Below the pieces are notes generated by a model that saw only the letters and a program-made list of their open reading frames with translations, ran no database searches and had not been told where the DNA came from. From Octopus vulgaris (lineage: Eukaryota): a DNA stretch of 64,000 nt. This document shows, piece after piece, positions 26,064 to 37,927 of the stretch. A program made the translations under genes and the position numbers. The stretch spans positions 32,736,001-32,800,000 of the forward strand of contig OX597814.1 of NCBI GenBank assembly GCA_951406725.2, given 5' to 3'. Numbering within the stretch: the first letter of the stretch is position 1; every line of letters begins with the position of its first letter.

Positions 26064-27455
26064 TTGATCTTTCTGCTTCATACATTGTAACATTATAGTT
26101 CTTCTGAACGAGCTATTCACGTGAATAGCTATTACTATTAGCGGAACCAGTTGCTCAACTGCCACTAATTGCAGTGGGCAACCCTCCTTAATCCATGCAG
26201 TATTCTTCTCCGCATGTATCAAATATTTTGCCTTGGATGCAACCTTGTCGAACATAGTTTTGTGTATTACATTCTCACCTATTTCAAAGAATGGGTTTGC
26301 AACAACTCTCAATGGTCTTTTCATTAACTTTTCGACCGGTTATAATTTGCAATCACCCGAGACACTCCGATAGTTGAACATAATTTTGTTCATATTGTTG
26401 CCGAAATTCCTTGTCTTCAGATCAAAATGCTTCAGTGCAGCTTTCACAGTTTGTACGGCCCATTTAGCGGCGCCGTCAGATGCCGGACTGTGAGCAGGTG
26501 TCTCAATTTTTCTGCAACCTATTTATGACAACATATTCTTTTAACGCAACACATTCGGACCCGTTCGTTGTCCGATACTAAAACTGTAAGCACACCAAAA
26601 CGAGCCAAGACCTCAAGCAGCTTCCTTTTTACCTCCTCAGTCGAGCGATTAGGACTTAAGAATGCGTCGATCCATGTTGAATAGGTATCTACAATTACAA
26701 GTATGTTACCGATGCTTGGAACATACGCCCAATGCATGTGCACACGTTCCCAGGGCCCAGAAATAGGCCATGAATCATTTGCCTCCACTAAATGAGGCCT
26801 AGCTCTCTGGCAACTATCACAAAATTTGACAAACTTCTCCATCAAGTAAGCTAACATCCAGGCCACCAAACATAGAGTCGTGTCTTTTAAGTTTTTGGTG
26901 ACTCCCCATATGTATGTCGTTTTTTTGTATCTAATACTGCGGCTCTATAAGGTGCTGGAATAAACGGACGATTTTTATGATATATTCAGCCATTTTCGCA
27001 TGTCAAATTATCCTTCTCTTAAAAAAATGCACGTTCAAGATTCGAGACAGATCTCCAGCTTAGGTGTAAAATTCTTTCTTTTATATTGTTATATAATGCG
27101 TTTGCATTTAGTTCTTTTCGGATAGCTTCCACCATTACGAGATCGATACCCTGTCACGGACTGTCGCATTTGTCTAAATGAGAAGCAAAGAAAATTATAT
27201 CACCATCGTTAGTCTCACTGTACCTCAATAGAGAGAGGGCATCGACGTGCAGAATACTTTTACCCGGAACATGTTTAACGACGAAATCATACTGTGATAG
27301 AATCAACTCCGCCTGGCTATTTTTTTGCGAAGCACCTTGAGATACATCTGAATACGTCGCGAACAGAGTTTTTAAAGTTTGTCGATCTGTTTCCAAATAA
27401 TACTGCTTTCCTAGGAGAAATGCCGCACAGTCTACGCACCATAACACTGCATTAG

Positions 27456-27498
<43 letters not shown>

Positions 27499-28000
27499 GT
27501 TCTACCAATTTCGTTATGCCTGGCTAAAGATGTGGCTTATGAATGCTACTGGTTGTCCTTCCTGGGATAACACCACAACTACTACAATCAAAGATGCATC
27601 TAAAGTGAGAGTGCTCAGCTTCTCCATTGCATTCGATTGCAAAACTGGAGCCTCCGAAAGATAAATGATAAGCATACAGAGGATCTTATTATGTTCTTTA
27701 TTCCAATGAAATTCTTTAGATCTAGCCGATGAGAGTGGTTCTACTTTTTCACCATACGCCGGGACAAATCTGCAGTAGTAATTCGTTAGACCCAATATTT
27801 TGTCAATATCTTCCTTAGATTTTGGTACTTGTATGTCCTTTAGTTTTGCTACCAATCCCTGAGATGGAGAAATACTCTCTTCAGATAAGCTCATTTCGAA
27901 GGAAAGTCAAATTTCTTCTTCTGAAAAATGACTTCTCTTTGTTAATGGAGGACTGTACCTTAGTTAAACTTTCAACTACCGCATAGTTGTAATTTACAAC
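26060..28000 (-). mobile_element. Ty3/Gypsy LTR-retrotransposon pol remnant (RT end, RNase H, integrase)
   Basis: LGLTNYYCRFVP, LTLDAS...VLSQEGQPVAFISH, YLETDRQTL, YDFVVKHVPGKSILHVDALS, CDSCQ..PWERVHMHWA..LVIVDTYSTW..VLVSDN, PAHSPASDGAA. RT-RH-IN order; many stops; no LTRs seen. Confidence 0.9.
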
Positions 28001-28136
28001 GTAGCTTACCTAAATTACTATTGCTTATCCTGAAAACAGCTGTAAGACTTTCTATTTATGAATGTTCTATAATCTTCACACCCTTGTTTTTTTTTGTTTT
28101 TTTTATCTCATTCTGAAAAATATATATATATATATA

Positions 28137-28450
28137 TAATAAATATTAGGGAATAAATCCAAATTTACAGGGAAAAATCAGATTTAGGATTGAATCCAAT
28201 TTTATAGCAAAATATTATATAATATTAATTAGAGACAAAACCACTATTTTGCAAATCAAACAAAGAAAGACTTAATCCAATACATAAAAAAATTTTTAAT
28301 ATAAATGAAATAAAATTAAATAAAATTAAATTCGCCACTACAATTGTTTCGTAATTGTAGTAATTTTATTTAATTTATATTAAAAAATTTTTTATGTATT
28401 GGATTAAGTCTTTCTTTGTTTGATTTGCAAAATAGTGGTTTTGTCTCTAA

Positions 28451-28457
<7 letters not shown>
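28137..28457 (-). mobile_element. Penelope-like fold-back remnant, family P1 (reverse orientation)
   Basis: Tail on the left, inverted arms, and a half hammerhead cGAAAC-aatt-GTA-gtggcg on the minus strand at 28333-28351. In (TA)n. Confidence 0.75.
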
Positions 28458-28524
<67 letters not shown>

Positions 28525-29399
28525 TCTTGTTTAAGAAATATATATTGAGGGCTAAATGCTCTCTTCGTGAATAAAACATCAGTCTAGTAACAAAATGCGA
28601 ACTTCTGTCTTTTCAGGTATTCGTGCATGTAGTCTGTAAACATGGCCATCTTCAGTTCTCTCTAAGGTAATATACATTAAATAAACTAAGATCAAATAAG
28701 TACTCCGTTTATTGTATCTAGCTGCTACAGCAATGTTCATACATGTTACGATTGAATACTTTTATTTCCTGTGGCTTGACTTGATCAGCAGTTTATTCTT
28801 CCTTTGGTATTCTTTACCTAAAAGTTTTATCTAACACCATTTTAAAGAAAACCACCTGCCGTTGCCTTCTTTTTTCGTAATCTTTTTTCCTTAGTAAAAC
28901 ATAAACGGTGATGTATAGCTGTGAAAAATAAAGAAAAATATAAAGACAACAGCCACAAAAATATATATTACGATTACCAGAAAGTTTCGCATTACCGATT
29001 AACGATTCAGCGTTTTTGAAATTTCAGTAGAACATCAAAACAAAGCTTAATGTTATCAACAGGTTGACGATAAAAAGATTTCAATCCAAACAATAAATAC
29101 GTTTGATCTTCAGAAATATCCTACCACTTTTGCACCAAACACTGTTTTCCGCCAACTCAGCCAAACTGAAGTTTCGTTGAGAATGACAAGAAATAACACA
29201 TCGATATATAGGTAACTTTCAGAGATAGTGACAGTTTCACTGAGTCAGTGTTGTATTCAGGTACTTCCTTTTCATATTTTAATTCTTCTTACTAGTTTCA
29301 GCTCAAGAGCTGCGGCTATTTTCCTGCCAGGTTTGCATAGTCTTTGTTCTCTACTAGACAGTAACAAAAATGAATTGATTATTCTGTTTCATGCATTTA

Positions 29400-30190
29400 A
29401 GGTGGCGAGATGGAGGAGCTGATAGCGCATTCGACAAAATGCTTTGCAGCATTTTCCTTGGTTCGTTATGCTCTGGGTTCAAATTCTGCCGTGATCAATT
29501 TTACCTTTCATTCTTTTGAGATCGATAGAATTAGTTGCGGTTGAGCACTGAGGTTGATTTAAGCCAAATTACCCCTCACCTAAATTTGCTGGCCGTGTGT
29601 CAATATTTAAAGGCGGTGAGCTGGCAGAAACGTTAGCACGCCGGGCGAAATGCGTAGCCGTATTTCGTCTACCGTTAAGTTCTGAGTTCAAATTCCGTCG
29701 AGTTTGCCTTTTATCCTTTCGGGGTCGATAAATTAAGTACCAGTTACGCACTGGGCTCGATATAATCGACTTAATCTGTTTGTCTGTCCTTGTTTGTCCT
29801 CTCTGTGTTTATCCCCGTGTGGGTAGTAAAGAAATAGGTATTTCGTAGGCCATTACGTTCTGAGGTCAAATTCCGTCGAGGTCGACTTTACCTTTCATCC
29901 TTTCGAGATCGAATAAATAAGTACCAGTTACGCCCTGGGGTCGATATAATTGAGTTAATCACTTTGTTTGTCATCTCTATGTTTATCCCCCTATGGGCAA
30001 TAAAGAAACAGATATTTAAACCCTCTATTATGATTACCTTAAGGCCGCAGGCTGGAAGAATTATTGCGCGTTGGGAAAAATACTTTGCAGCATTCTGGAA
30101 GAAGTACCAGCTGAAGCAGGGGCCAATGTAATCGACTAATATCGACTAATCTTCTTCCTCTAAAGCTGCTGCCCTTCTGCAATATCTGAT
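29400..30190 (+). mobile_element. Cluster of SINE family B copies (old copy, nested 1.7-mer at 29612-30011, degenerate copy)
   Basis: Full unit 29612-29836 followed by a 5'-truncated repeat 29837-30011. The pair is flanked by atatttaaa (29603-29611 / 30012-30020). Older copies at ~29400-29610 and ~30042-30190. Confidence 0.85.
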
Positions 30191-30534
30191 ACCACTACCT
30201 TTCTAGGCTTCCCCAAAATCAATTCCAATTCGTGTTCCAGAAACGAAAAGCTATAGAAGAATCGTTGGGAATATTGAGCCGTGAATGATGAGGTCAAACT
30301 CGTAAAAGAACAGTGCTTGCTTTGTAATAAATTTTTAGTTTCTTCTATCCTGGTTCACTGTTCAAACTTCACAACGATCAAGTTTCACATTTCGAGCTCA
30401 AGATGACGACTGATATTAGCATTATTTTGTTGGAACACCTTGTGACATTCTTGACATGAACACGTTTAGCGTATATTTTCAATATTTACGGTAAAGTAAG
30501 TATTAATTTTTACACTGCTATGCGTTAATGTGTG

Positions 30535-30565
<31 letters not shown>

Positions 30566-31211
30566 TTCTGTTTGCGTGTGTGTGTTTCTGTTTGTGTGTG
30601 TGTGTTCTTTGTAAAATACTCTAATTCTATAATGGTTAAATTCGTATTAGTCTACCCTTTGAGAATGAGTTTATAACAAACCTATATCAGGCACTGCAAG
30701 ATGTAGGAATTCAAAGAGGCTTAAGGTTAGGGTTAAAAGTAGCAACAAATATTCATTTTGTCTATAGGAATGAAGTTTTAATTGTCCGGACTTGTCAAAC
30801 ATTGTTTGACTAATTCTGTTCGGAAATTTTTCTTTTGCAGTTTCCCCTCAATCTGTACGGCCAAGTTCTGTCAATGTTGAACTTCTTAGTTAAAGAAACT
30901 CGAAGCAAACTGCATAGGAATGAATTAGTAAAACAGTTCTAGTCCATCCATACCTCGATTATAAAACAGCTTTACACACAATGAAATGGGAGTGAACTTG
31001 GCAGTTAGTGTCTTCGTCATCTGAGTGTTTCTCAGTTTTATCAAAGAGTTGCCATCTGTTCATCATTGACGTGTTGAGTTGCTATGGTAACTTTCCCGGG
31101 TAGAATTTGAAAAATGTGTACTCTGTAATCATATCCAATCAGAGTGGCAAAGGTTATCACTCAACGAAAGAGCAGAATCTATCCCAGAACCAGAACTACA
31201 TCCGGAAATGG

Positions 31212-31256
<45 letters not shown>

Positions 31257-31263
<7 letters not shown>

Positions 31264-31531
31264 ATCACGTGACCGACCAGACCATCAGATGTTGCTACAC
31301 ATCGCTGGTCACAATGCGTTCGCATTGTTTTAGCCTTCGAATGACGCCACCCCGCAGACGAAAGAGTGAGAGAAAGAGTGGTGAAAGAGTACAGCAGGGA
31401 TCACCACCCCTGCCGGAGCATCGTGGAGCTTTTAGGTGTTTTCGCTCAATAAACACACACGACGCCCGGTCTGGGAATCGAAAGCGCGATCCTACGACCG
31501 CCAGTCCGCTGCCCTAACCACTAGGCCATTG

Positions 31532-31533
<2 letters not shown>
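31257..31533 (-). mobile_element. tRNA-derived SINE, family D (cacgtgat tail type)
   Basis: Head ggcaatggcctagtggttagggcagcggact...ttcgattccc; ends in tcacgtgatcacgtga; inserted in (TA)n. Confidence 0.85.
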
Positions 31534-31602
<69 letters not shown>

Positions 31603-31934
31603 AGAGAGAGGGTGGAGGAGGGAGATGGGAGATAGATAGGTAGATAGATGCAGAGATAGATACATACATGCATAGATACATACATACAAATATGTGTGAG
31701 AGAGTGTTTATAGAGATATCTGCGTGTAGCATATATTCATATTTAGGGGCAAATAGTAAAGAAGCAACAGTGGAGTGGCAATTAACACTGTCACTCAATA
31801 CGAAACTGACACAGACACACACCTAATAGTAACAATGTGTCTGTGTGTGTGTGTGTGCATACGGGAGTGCGCAAATCGATACCACCTGTCTACTTACCTC
31901 TGCTCATTTGCCTATCTGACGACACAGAGCAGCA

Positions 31935-32355
31935 ACAGGAGGTGGAGGAGGAGGGGTAGATGTAGGAGAGGTAGAAGGAGGAGGAAGGGGAGGGGAGGTA
32001 GGGGGAGGTTGAGGAGGAGGAGGTTGAGGAGGAGGAGGTTGAGGAGGGGGAGGAAGAGGAAGACGAGGGGCGCAGCAGGAGGAGGGAGACGAAGGGAGGT
32101 AGGAGGAGGAGGAGGAAGTGGAGGGGAGGAAGAGGGAGAGGAGGAGGAGGAGGAGGAGGAGGAGGAAGATGAGGAGGATGAAGATGAGAAGGAGGAAGTG
32201 GATGAGGAGCAGAAAGAGGAGGAAGAGGAGGAGGAAGAAGAGGGGCGGGAAAAGAGAAGGAGGAAGAAGAAGGAGAGGAGGAGAGAAGAAGAATAAGAAT
32301 AATAATAAGAAGAAGACGATGATGATGATGACGATGACAATGATGATGATGATGA
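31935..32355. repeat. Polypurine (GAG/GAA) then (GAT)n low-complexity tract
   Basis: About 350 bp of nearly pure purines on the + strand. Confidence 0.9.
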
Positions 32356-32484
32356 TTATAGTGACAAACAAAAGAAATTCCGATGTCGTTTTGTTCGACT
32401 AAGTACTTCGAAGCCATGCCCAGCATGGCCGCAATCCAATAACAGGAACAAATAGAGATGAAAGTTACAAACATACACACACAT

Positions 32485-32580
<96 letters not shown>

Positions 32581-32779
32581 ATACATACATTCATACATAC
32601 AAACTCACACACTCACACATTTATATATTGGCATGTATTTTATGCATAAATAATATCAGACGTACGCTATTACATTTGAACGTACATATACATAACTAGA
32701 AGCATGTTGAGATGAATATGGCCACCAAATAACAAACATACATATCTGCACGTTGATAAGCTGACAAACAGTAAAATAT

Positions 32780-32780
32780 G

Positions 32781-32861
<81 letters not shown>

Positions 32862-32872
32862 GGATGGATGGG

Positions 32873-32945
<73 letters not shown>

Positions 32946-33061
32946 GGATAGATAGATAGATAGACAGACTGACAAACTGACAATCAGAGAAACAGAGAGA
33001 CAGACAGATAGATAGATTGAGAAAGAGAGAGAGAAAGATGGCAGAAAAGACAGACAAACTA

Positions 33062-33157
<96 letters not shown>

Positions 33158-33290
33158 GCAGAGAGACAAACTGACAGACTAAGAGTCAGGTAGAGAGAGA
33201 GAGAAACTAATATATAGATAGACGGACAAATAGATAGATAGATAGATAGATACATACATACATACATACATACATACATAGACAGATAGA
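32780..33290. repeat. Compound (GATA)n/(GACA)n microsatellite; other large (GATA)n arrays at ~960-1181, 2988-3062, 5028-5122, 7829-7903
   Basis: Directly visible. Confidence 0.95.
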
Positions 33291-33672
33291 TAGAGAAGGG
33301 TAAGAAAGATGAAGAGAGAGAGAGAGAGAAAGATATGGGCGAATACAGAAGACATACTAGTAGATGCTACTAGACACATAATACTGTCTATCGGAAGGAT
33401 GTCCCTGTGGGTGAATACCAATGTCTTGTTTTGGCAGAACGCAATACATTTTCGTTTGAGTTAACTTAGCCGAATTAATCGGCCCCGGAAGAATAATGAC
33501 AAAGCCAACCTTGAATTCCTGCTGTAAAAATGACGTAGCTAAAGAGTTCTTCGCATATTATTTGCTTCTTTAGCTACAGTACAACCCAGACCATTTCTAT
33601 GAGAGCATTCTCTAAATGAAACGATTATTATGGCCGAAGGAAAAGCCCCAGAAGACACTATCCATTTGTCAG

Positions 33673-33725
<53 letters not shown>

Positions 33726-33732
33726 TATTTAT

Positions 33733-33781
<49 letters not shown>

Positions 33782-35330
33782 ACGACGTCACCGTCATAGT
33801 GTCTAGCCACGAGCATCGAGCTGGTCGGCGAGACACTGAAAACTACGAAGCGGTGACAGGAGCGAAAATCAACCGGGAAAAGTCAGGCGCGACTAGGCAC
33901 CGGAGAAGAGCCCATGCCGTCCACCAGCGCCTCGTCGTGGGACGCTGGACCGACGCCCGGTTGAGTTGCTCGGGGTCTGGTTTGTCCGGACCTCCAGGGA
34001 GAAGAACTGGAACGAGATAACGAGTAGGGTGGTCACTCTCGCCCGGCAATGGGCCGAGAGGAAACTGTCCCTAAAGGTCGAGCGAGGTGGCGAACACGTA
34101 CATCGCGTCCGTCATCTACTACCGCCTGACCGTCGTACCTTGTACGACCCTACATCACAACTACAACATCCTCTTTCGTTCTTGTGGAAGGATGCGTCCC
34201 GATGTCGGCGATCCATTGCTGTCAACACCCGTTAAAAGGAGGGCTGGGCATGCCGTGGTTGATGATGCGCAGACACGCGCTGAGACTGCGGCATCTCTGG
34301 CTCTATAGACGACGGTGAACAGGTGTGGTCGCCGTGTGGACGCTTTCCCGCAGCTCGTCTCCATGACCGAACTGCAGTCGTGGATCAAAAAGAGGCCGAG
34401 GAAGGCGAATGGCACCGCGAGTGTCGCGTTCTCAAGCAACTCTGCCGTCCTGGGTCGACCTTAGTGACTTCAACACAACCAAAGCATTCTATAGGGGTTA
34501 GTGGAGGGAGGTACGACGACGAGCTCGGGGCGAACCTGACGTCGACGAGGAGTACGACCCGCCTGTTCAGGACGACCTTCGGGCCAGGGCCCGGACAACT
34601 TCCAGAGATCCCTGGCCTGGCAGTGCTACCGAGAAGCGCTACCCGTTCGGGATAAGCTCTACAGACACGGCTCGAGAAACACGGGGCCGACCTGCCCGAG
34701 ATGCGGTCAGAGCGACGAAAGTTCGAGCACTCGTTCAGTGCCCAACAATTTCCGACCTGTGGGCTTGTCGAACAACTGCTGTCACTGGGACGAGTCGGTT
34801 TATCAGCTGAGTCTATCGTCAATATTGTCACGCCTCCTTCCTTCAAACGGGAAGGAAGAGCTATTTTCATCATCCTTGTGGCTATGGCGAAAGAATGTAT
34901 CTGGTGGACGCGTCTGAAAGGATTACTTTCTCTCTGGTCAATCTCTCTATCTTCAAGTACCACTTGAAAAGGAAAGTGAGAGTATCTATCTATCTATCTA
35001 TCTATGAACCCAGAAATCGAAAACAGAGAGTTGCTTATTTCAAAAAAAAAAAAAAAAGAAATATAAAATGTGACTTCATTGACCGAGGTTACCGTGGTCT
35101 TTTCCGTAGGCTTTTCTTTACGGTAAACCTCACCTGTCTCCTTTACACTTCATTTATTTCTGTGATAACGATCCCTATTGATATTTTTTTTTTCCTTCCT
35201 TTTTTATCCTTTTATCCCTTTTGATACCCCTTCCTTTTTTTTTTTTTTTTTTTATTTTTTTATTTTTAAACCTTAGCTCTACCTTGTAATTTGTTCTATC
35301 TGTGTAGCCCTGTGTGGCTATAAAGAAACA
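33782..35330 (+). mobile_element. 5'-truncated Tx1-type retrotransposon inserted in (TATC)n
   Basis: DVTVIVSS..NYEAVTGAKINREKS, LGVWF..EKNWNEITSRV..WAERKLSLK, ANTYIASVIYYRL, WQCYREALPVRDKL, AMAKECIWWTR. GC/CpG-rich. T-rich 3'UTR ends in a hairpin then ataaagaaaca. (TATC)n on both sides. Confidence 0.88.
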
Positions 35331-35362
35331 TATCTATCTATCTATCTATATCTATCTATCTA

Positions 35363-35401
<39 letters not shown>

Positions 35402-35430
35402 ATCCATCTATCAATCTATCTATCTATCTA

Positions 35431-36657
35431 TTAGGTTGAGTAAAAAGTTAGCAACGTTTTGAAACATGAAATTCCTCACAATATATTTCAACAATGCGGA
35501 CATTTTATTCATGAAGGTAATTACCGTTACAATCAACACATTTTTGCCAACGAATAACAAGTTTGTTTATTTCGGTAAAATAAAAATCAGGAATTTTGGA
35601 GCTGATGAACTATTTGAAAGTACTTTTAGTATCGGTTTGATTTTTGAACTCCTTTCACAGGAAACCATCAAGGTGCTTGAAAAAGTAGCAGTCGGTAGGA
35701 GAGAGAGGTCTGGGTAATAACCTGGGTGGGGGAAGAACTTTGTAGACAAGTTACCTCAACTTCTGGAGCATCGTTGGTGAAACATGTTGTCGAGTATTGT
35801 CATGAAGAATGAACAGTCTGGGACAGAGGAGTAGCAGTTTTTCGTTCATTTTGGTAATTTCATGGCAATATGCTTCTGCAGTAATGGTTTTTCCGGGTTT
35901 CAAGAAGTTATAATGGATGAGCACAGCAGTACACCACCAAAAACTCACCATAACCTTCTTTTTGAAGAGTTCAGGTTTAAGTAAGGTTTTCGGTCCTTCA
36001 TTTTGGTTCGACCACTGCGAAGAACATTTTTTTAATTATTGTACAGAATCCAGTTTTCATCGCAAGGTGCAATACGGTCAAGAAATAGATCGGTTTGGTT
36101 ACAGAGAAGAAGCGACGAGCATATTTCCTATCTGCGCGTTTTCTGATTTTCATTCAAATCGTGTGGTACCCATTTGTCGAGATTATTTGATTTTCCAATC
36201 GCATGCAAATGGTTGCAAGCAATGTTCTGACTAATTTCAATTTCTTTTGTCAGTTCGCAAGTAGTTATACGTGGACCTTTCTCAATGACGTTCTTTAATT
36301 GACCGTCATCGATGGCAGATTGTCATCCACTACGCTTACGATCTCCAATGCGAAATCGTTTAAATCATTTTCGAGCTGACCGCTCACTGGTCATTGCCTC
36401 ACCAAATGTTTCGTTGATATTGCAAGCAGTTTCAGCTGCTTTACGTCCTTTGTTGAAGTTGGATAGCAAAACTGCTCGAATATCGCGCTTTGACAGTTTC
36501 ATTTGAGATGATTGTAACGACAGTGAAAAATATATCAATGTTAATTTATTAATGCCTTTGGGCAAGCCCATGTCTATTATCAGATAATTTCAAAAAAGTG
36601 TGTGAAAAATTTCAAAACTCAGCAAAAATCCGGTTGACTACTTTTTACTCAACCTGA
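35431..36657 (-). mobile_element. Mariner transposon, full-length but inactivated
   Basis: TA-flanked TIRs ttaggttgagtaaaaag / ctttttactcaacctga. Transposase fragments IRAVLLSNFNKGRKAAETACNINETFG, WWCTAVLIHYNFLKPGKTIT, ILHDNTRQH, PHPGYYPDLS. Confidence 0.93.
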
Positions 36658-36735
36658 TATCTAAATATATATTGCCTGTATATGTGTGTGCGTGTGTACG
36701 TATATATGGCCTCTCCCACTTTCTCTCTCTGATTA

Positions 36736-36791
<56 letters not shown>

Positions 36792-36859
36792 CATGTACAC
36801 AAACGCACACTAACACACACTCAAATATATACTAGAGGCTCTCTTTTGCCTCGTTAAAT

Positions 36860-37250
36860 CCTTCAATAAATTGAAATTATCAGTGGTATCTGTAGAAAGA
36901 AACTACATATAACAATATTTAAATCTAAAATATCAAACATGGAAATAACTTCTATCTTATCAGTTAACTGGATTTCTAGAAAGTATATAAAGTTCAACAC
37001 AGGAGGGGATCTATTTTGTAAACTACTTACAGGATGTAACGAACCTGTTTCGGTCTTAATAGACCCGGTCAACATAGCATAGTTTCTTCAACAGGCAAGA
37101 TCATTAAGAAACAAACATAACCTGTATTCTAGAAATTTAATTGGTCAAAAGAGTAGTAAAAATATTCAGAACTTTTTGAAGTCCAGCAAGAAATATATGC
37201 ACTTATTACCAATTTCATGCCAATGAAGAAACGTTGTTTTTTCGTAGAAA
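36860..37250 (-). mobile_element. Possible old Penelope RT fragment
   Basis: LTGSIKTETG...QLTDKIEVISMFD resembles the Penelope RT pattern LINPxKSExG...NQWxNTxxVIxWF. By-eye similarity only. Confidence 0.3.
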
Positions 37251-37820
37251 TCAACCCCTTATTTATTTGATAAATTCATATATGTAGTTGAATAGCTACT
37301 AAACCGGATATACAGCAAGTTCGACATTTGTCAAAATCGATAAACATATCTTCAAGCGCCTATCAATCAATCTGTTTAGATGGGGGGTTTTTTTGTGTCT
37401 GTCTAAGTATCTATCCAAAATTACAGATACAATTTTTTTGCATTGAAATTGGTCAGGAAGAGGTAAATGAGAGGCTTGCAGTATCTACACAGCGATTCCT
37501 TAATAAGGGGTATTGACTGACGTTGAGGAGGAAATTAACACTGACAACTGCGGCCTAACACGGATGGTCAAAGTGTGGTGTTACTAACAGAGTCTTTTAT
37601 CGCCTCTCCAAATGTATTGCCAACAATTAAGAGAATAGCAAGTTTCTACGTGAGAGGCTTTATCTACCAGCTGACTTCATAAAAGTTGGATTATACAGCG
37701 TTACCGCAAAACTGCAGCTATCTGTACCTTCGTCGATATAAGGAGATTAAAGAAACAAAAATATTTCTGCCATATGATGCTACCGGATTCAGTGAGCTAC
37801 ATTGTTCATACAGCCAAGTC

Positions 37821-37927
37821 AAGAGGAGGAGGCCAGTCGATTAGGATGACCCCAGTACGCAACTGGTACTTATTTAATCGAACCCGAAAGGATGAAAGGC
37901 AAAGTTAACTTCGGTGGAATTTGAACT
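37821..37927 (-). mobile_element. Partial SINE family B
   Basis: Reverse complement of gttcaaattcc..gcctttcatcctttcggg..cgattaaataagtaccag. Confidence 0.75.

Noticed and set aside
31775-32612. Arg/Gly/Glu-rich and Pro/Ser-rich ORFs resembling protamine or acidic proteins
   Set aside because: Trinucleotide low-complexity tract open in several frames on both strands; no splice or domain support.
12802-33810. Both Tx1 remnants begin RT similarity at about the YxDD motif
   Set aside because: One is an internal deletion and the other a 5' truncation; two cases cannot show a hotspot.
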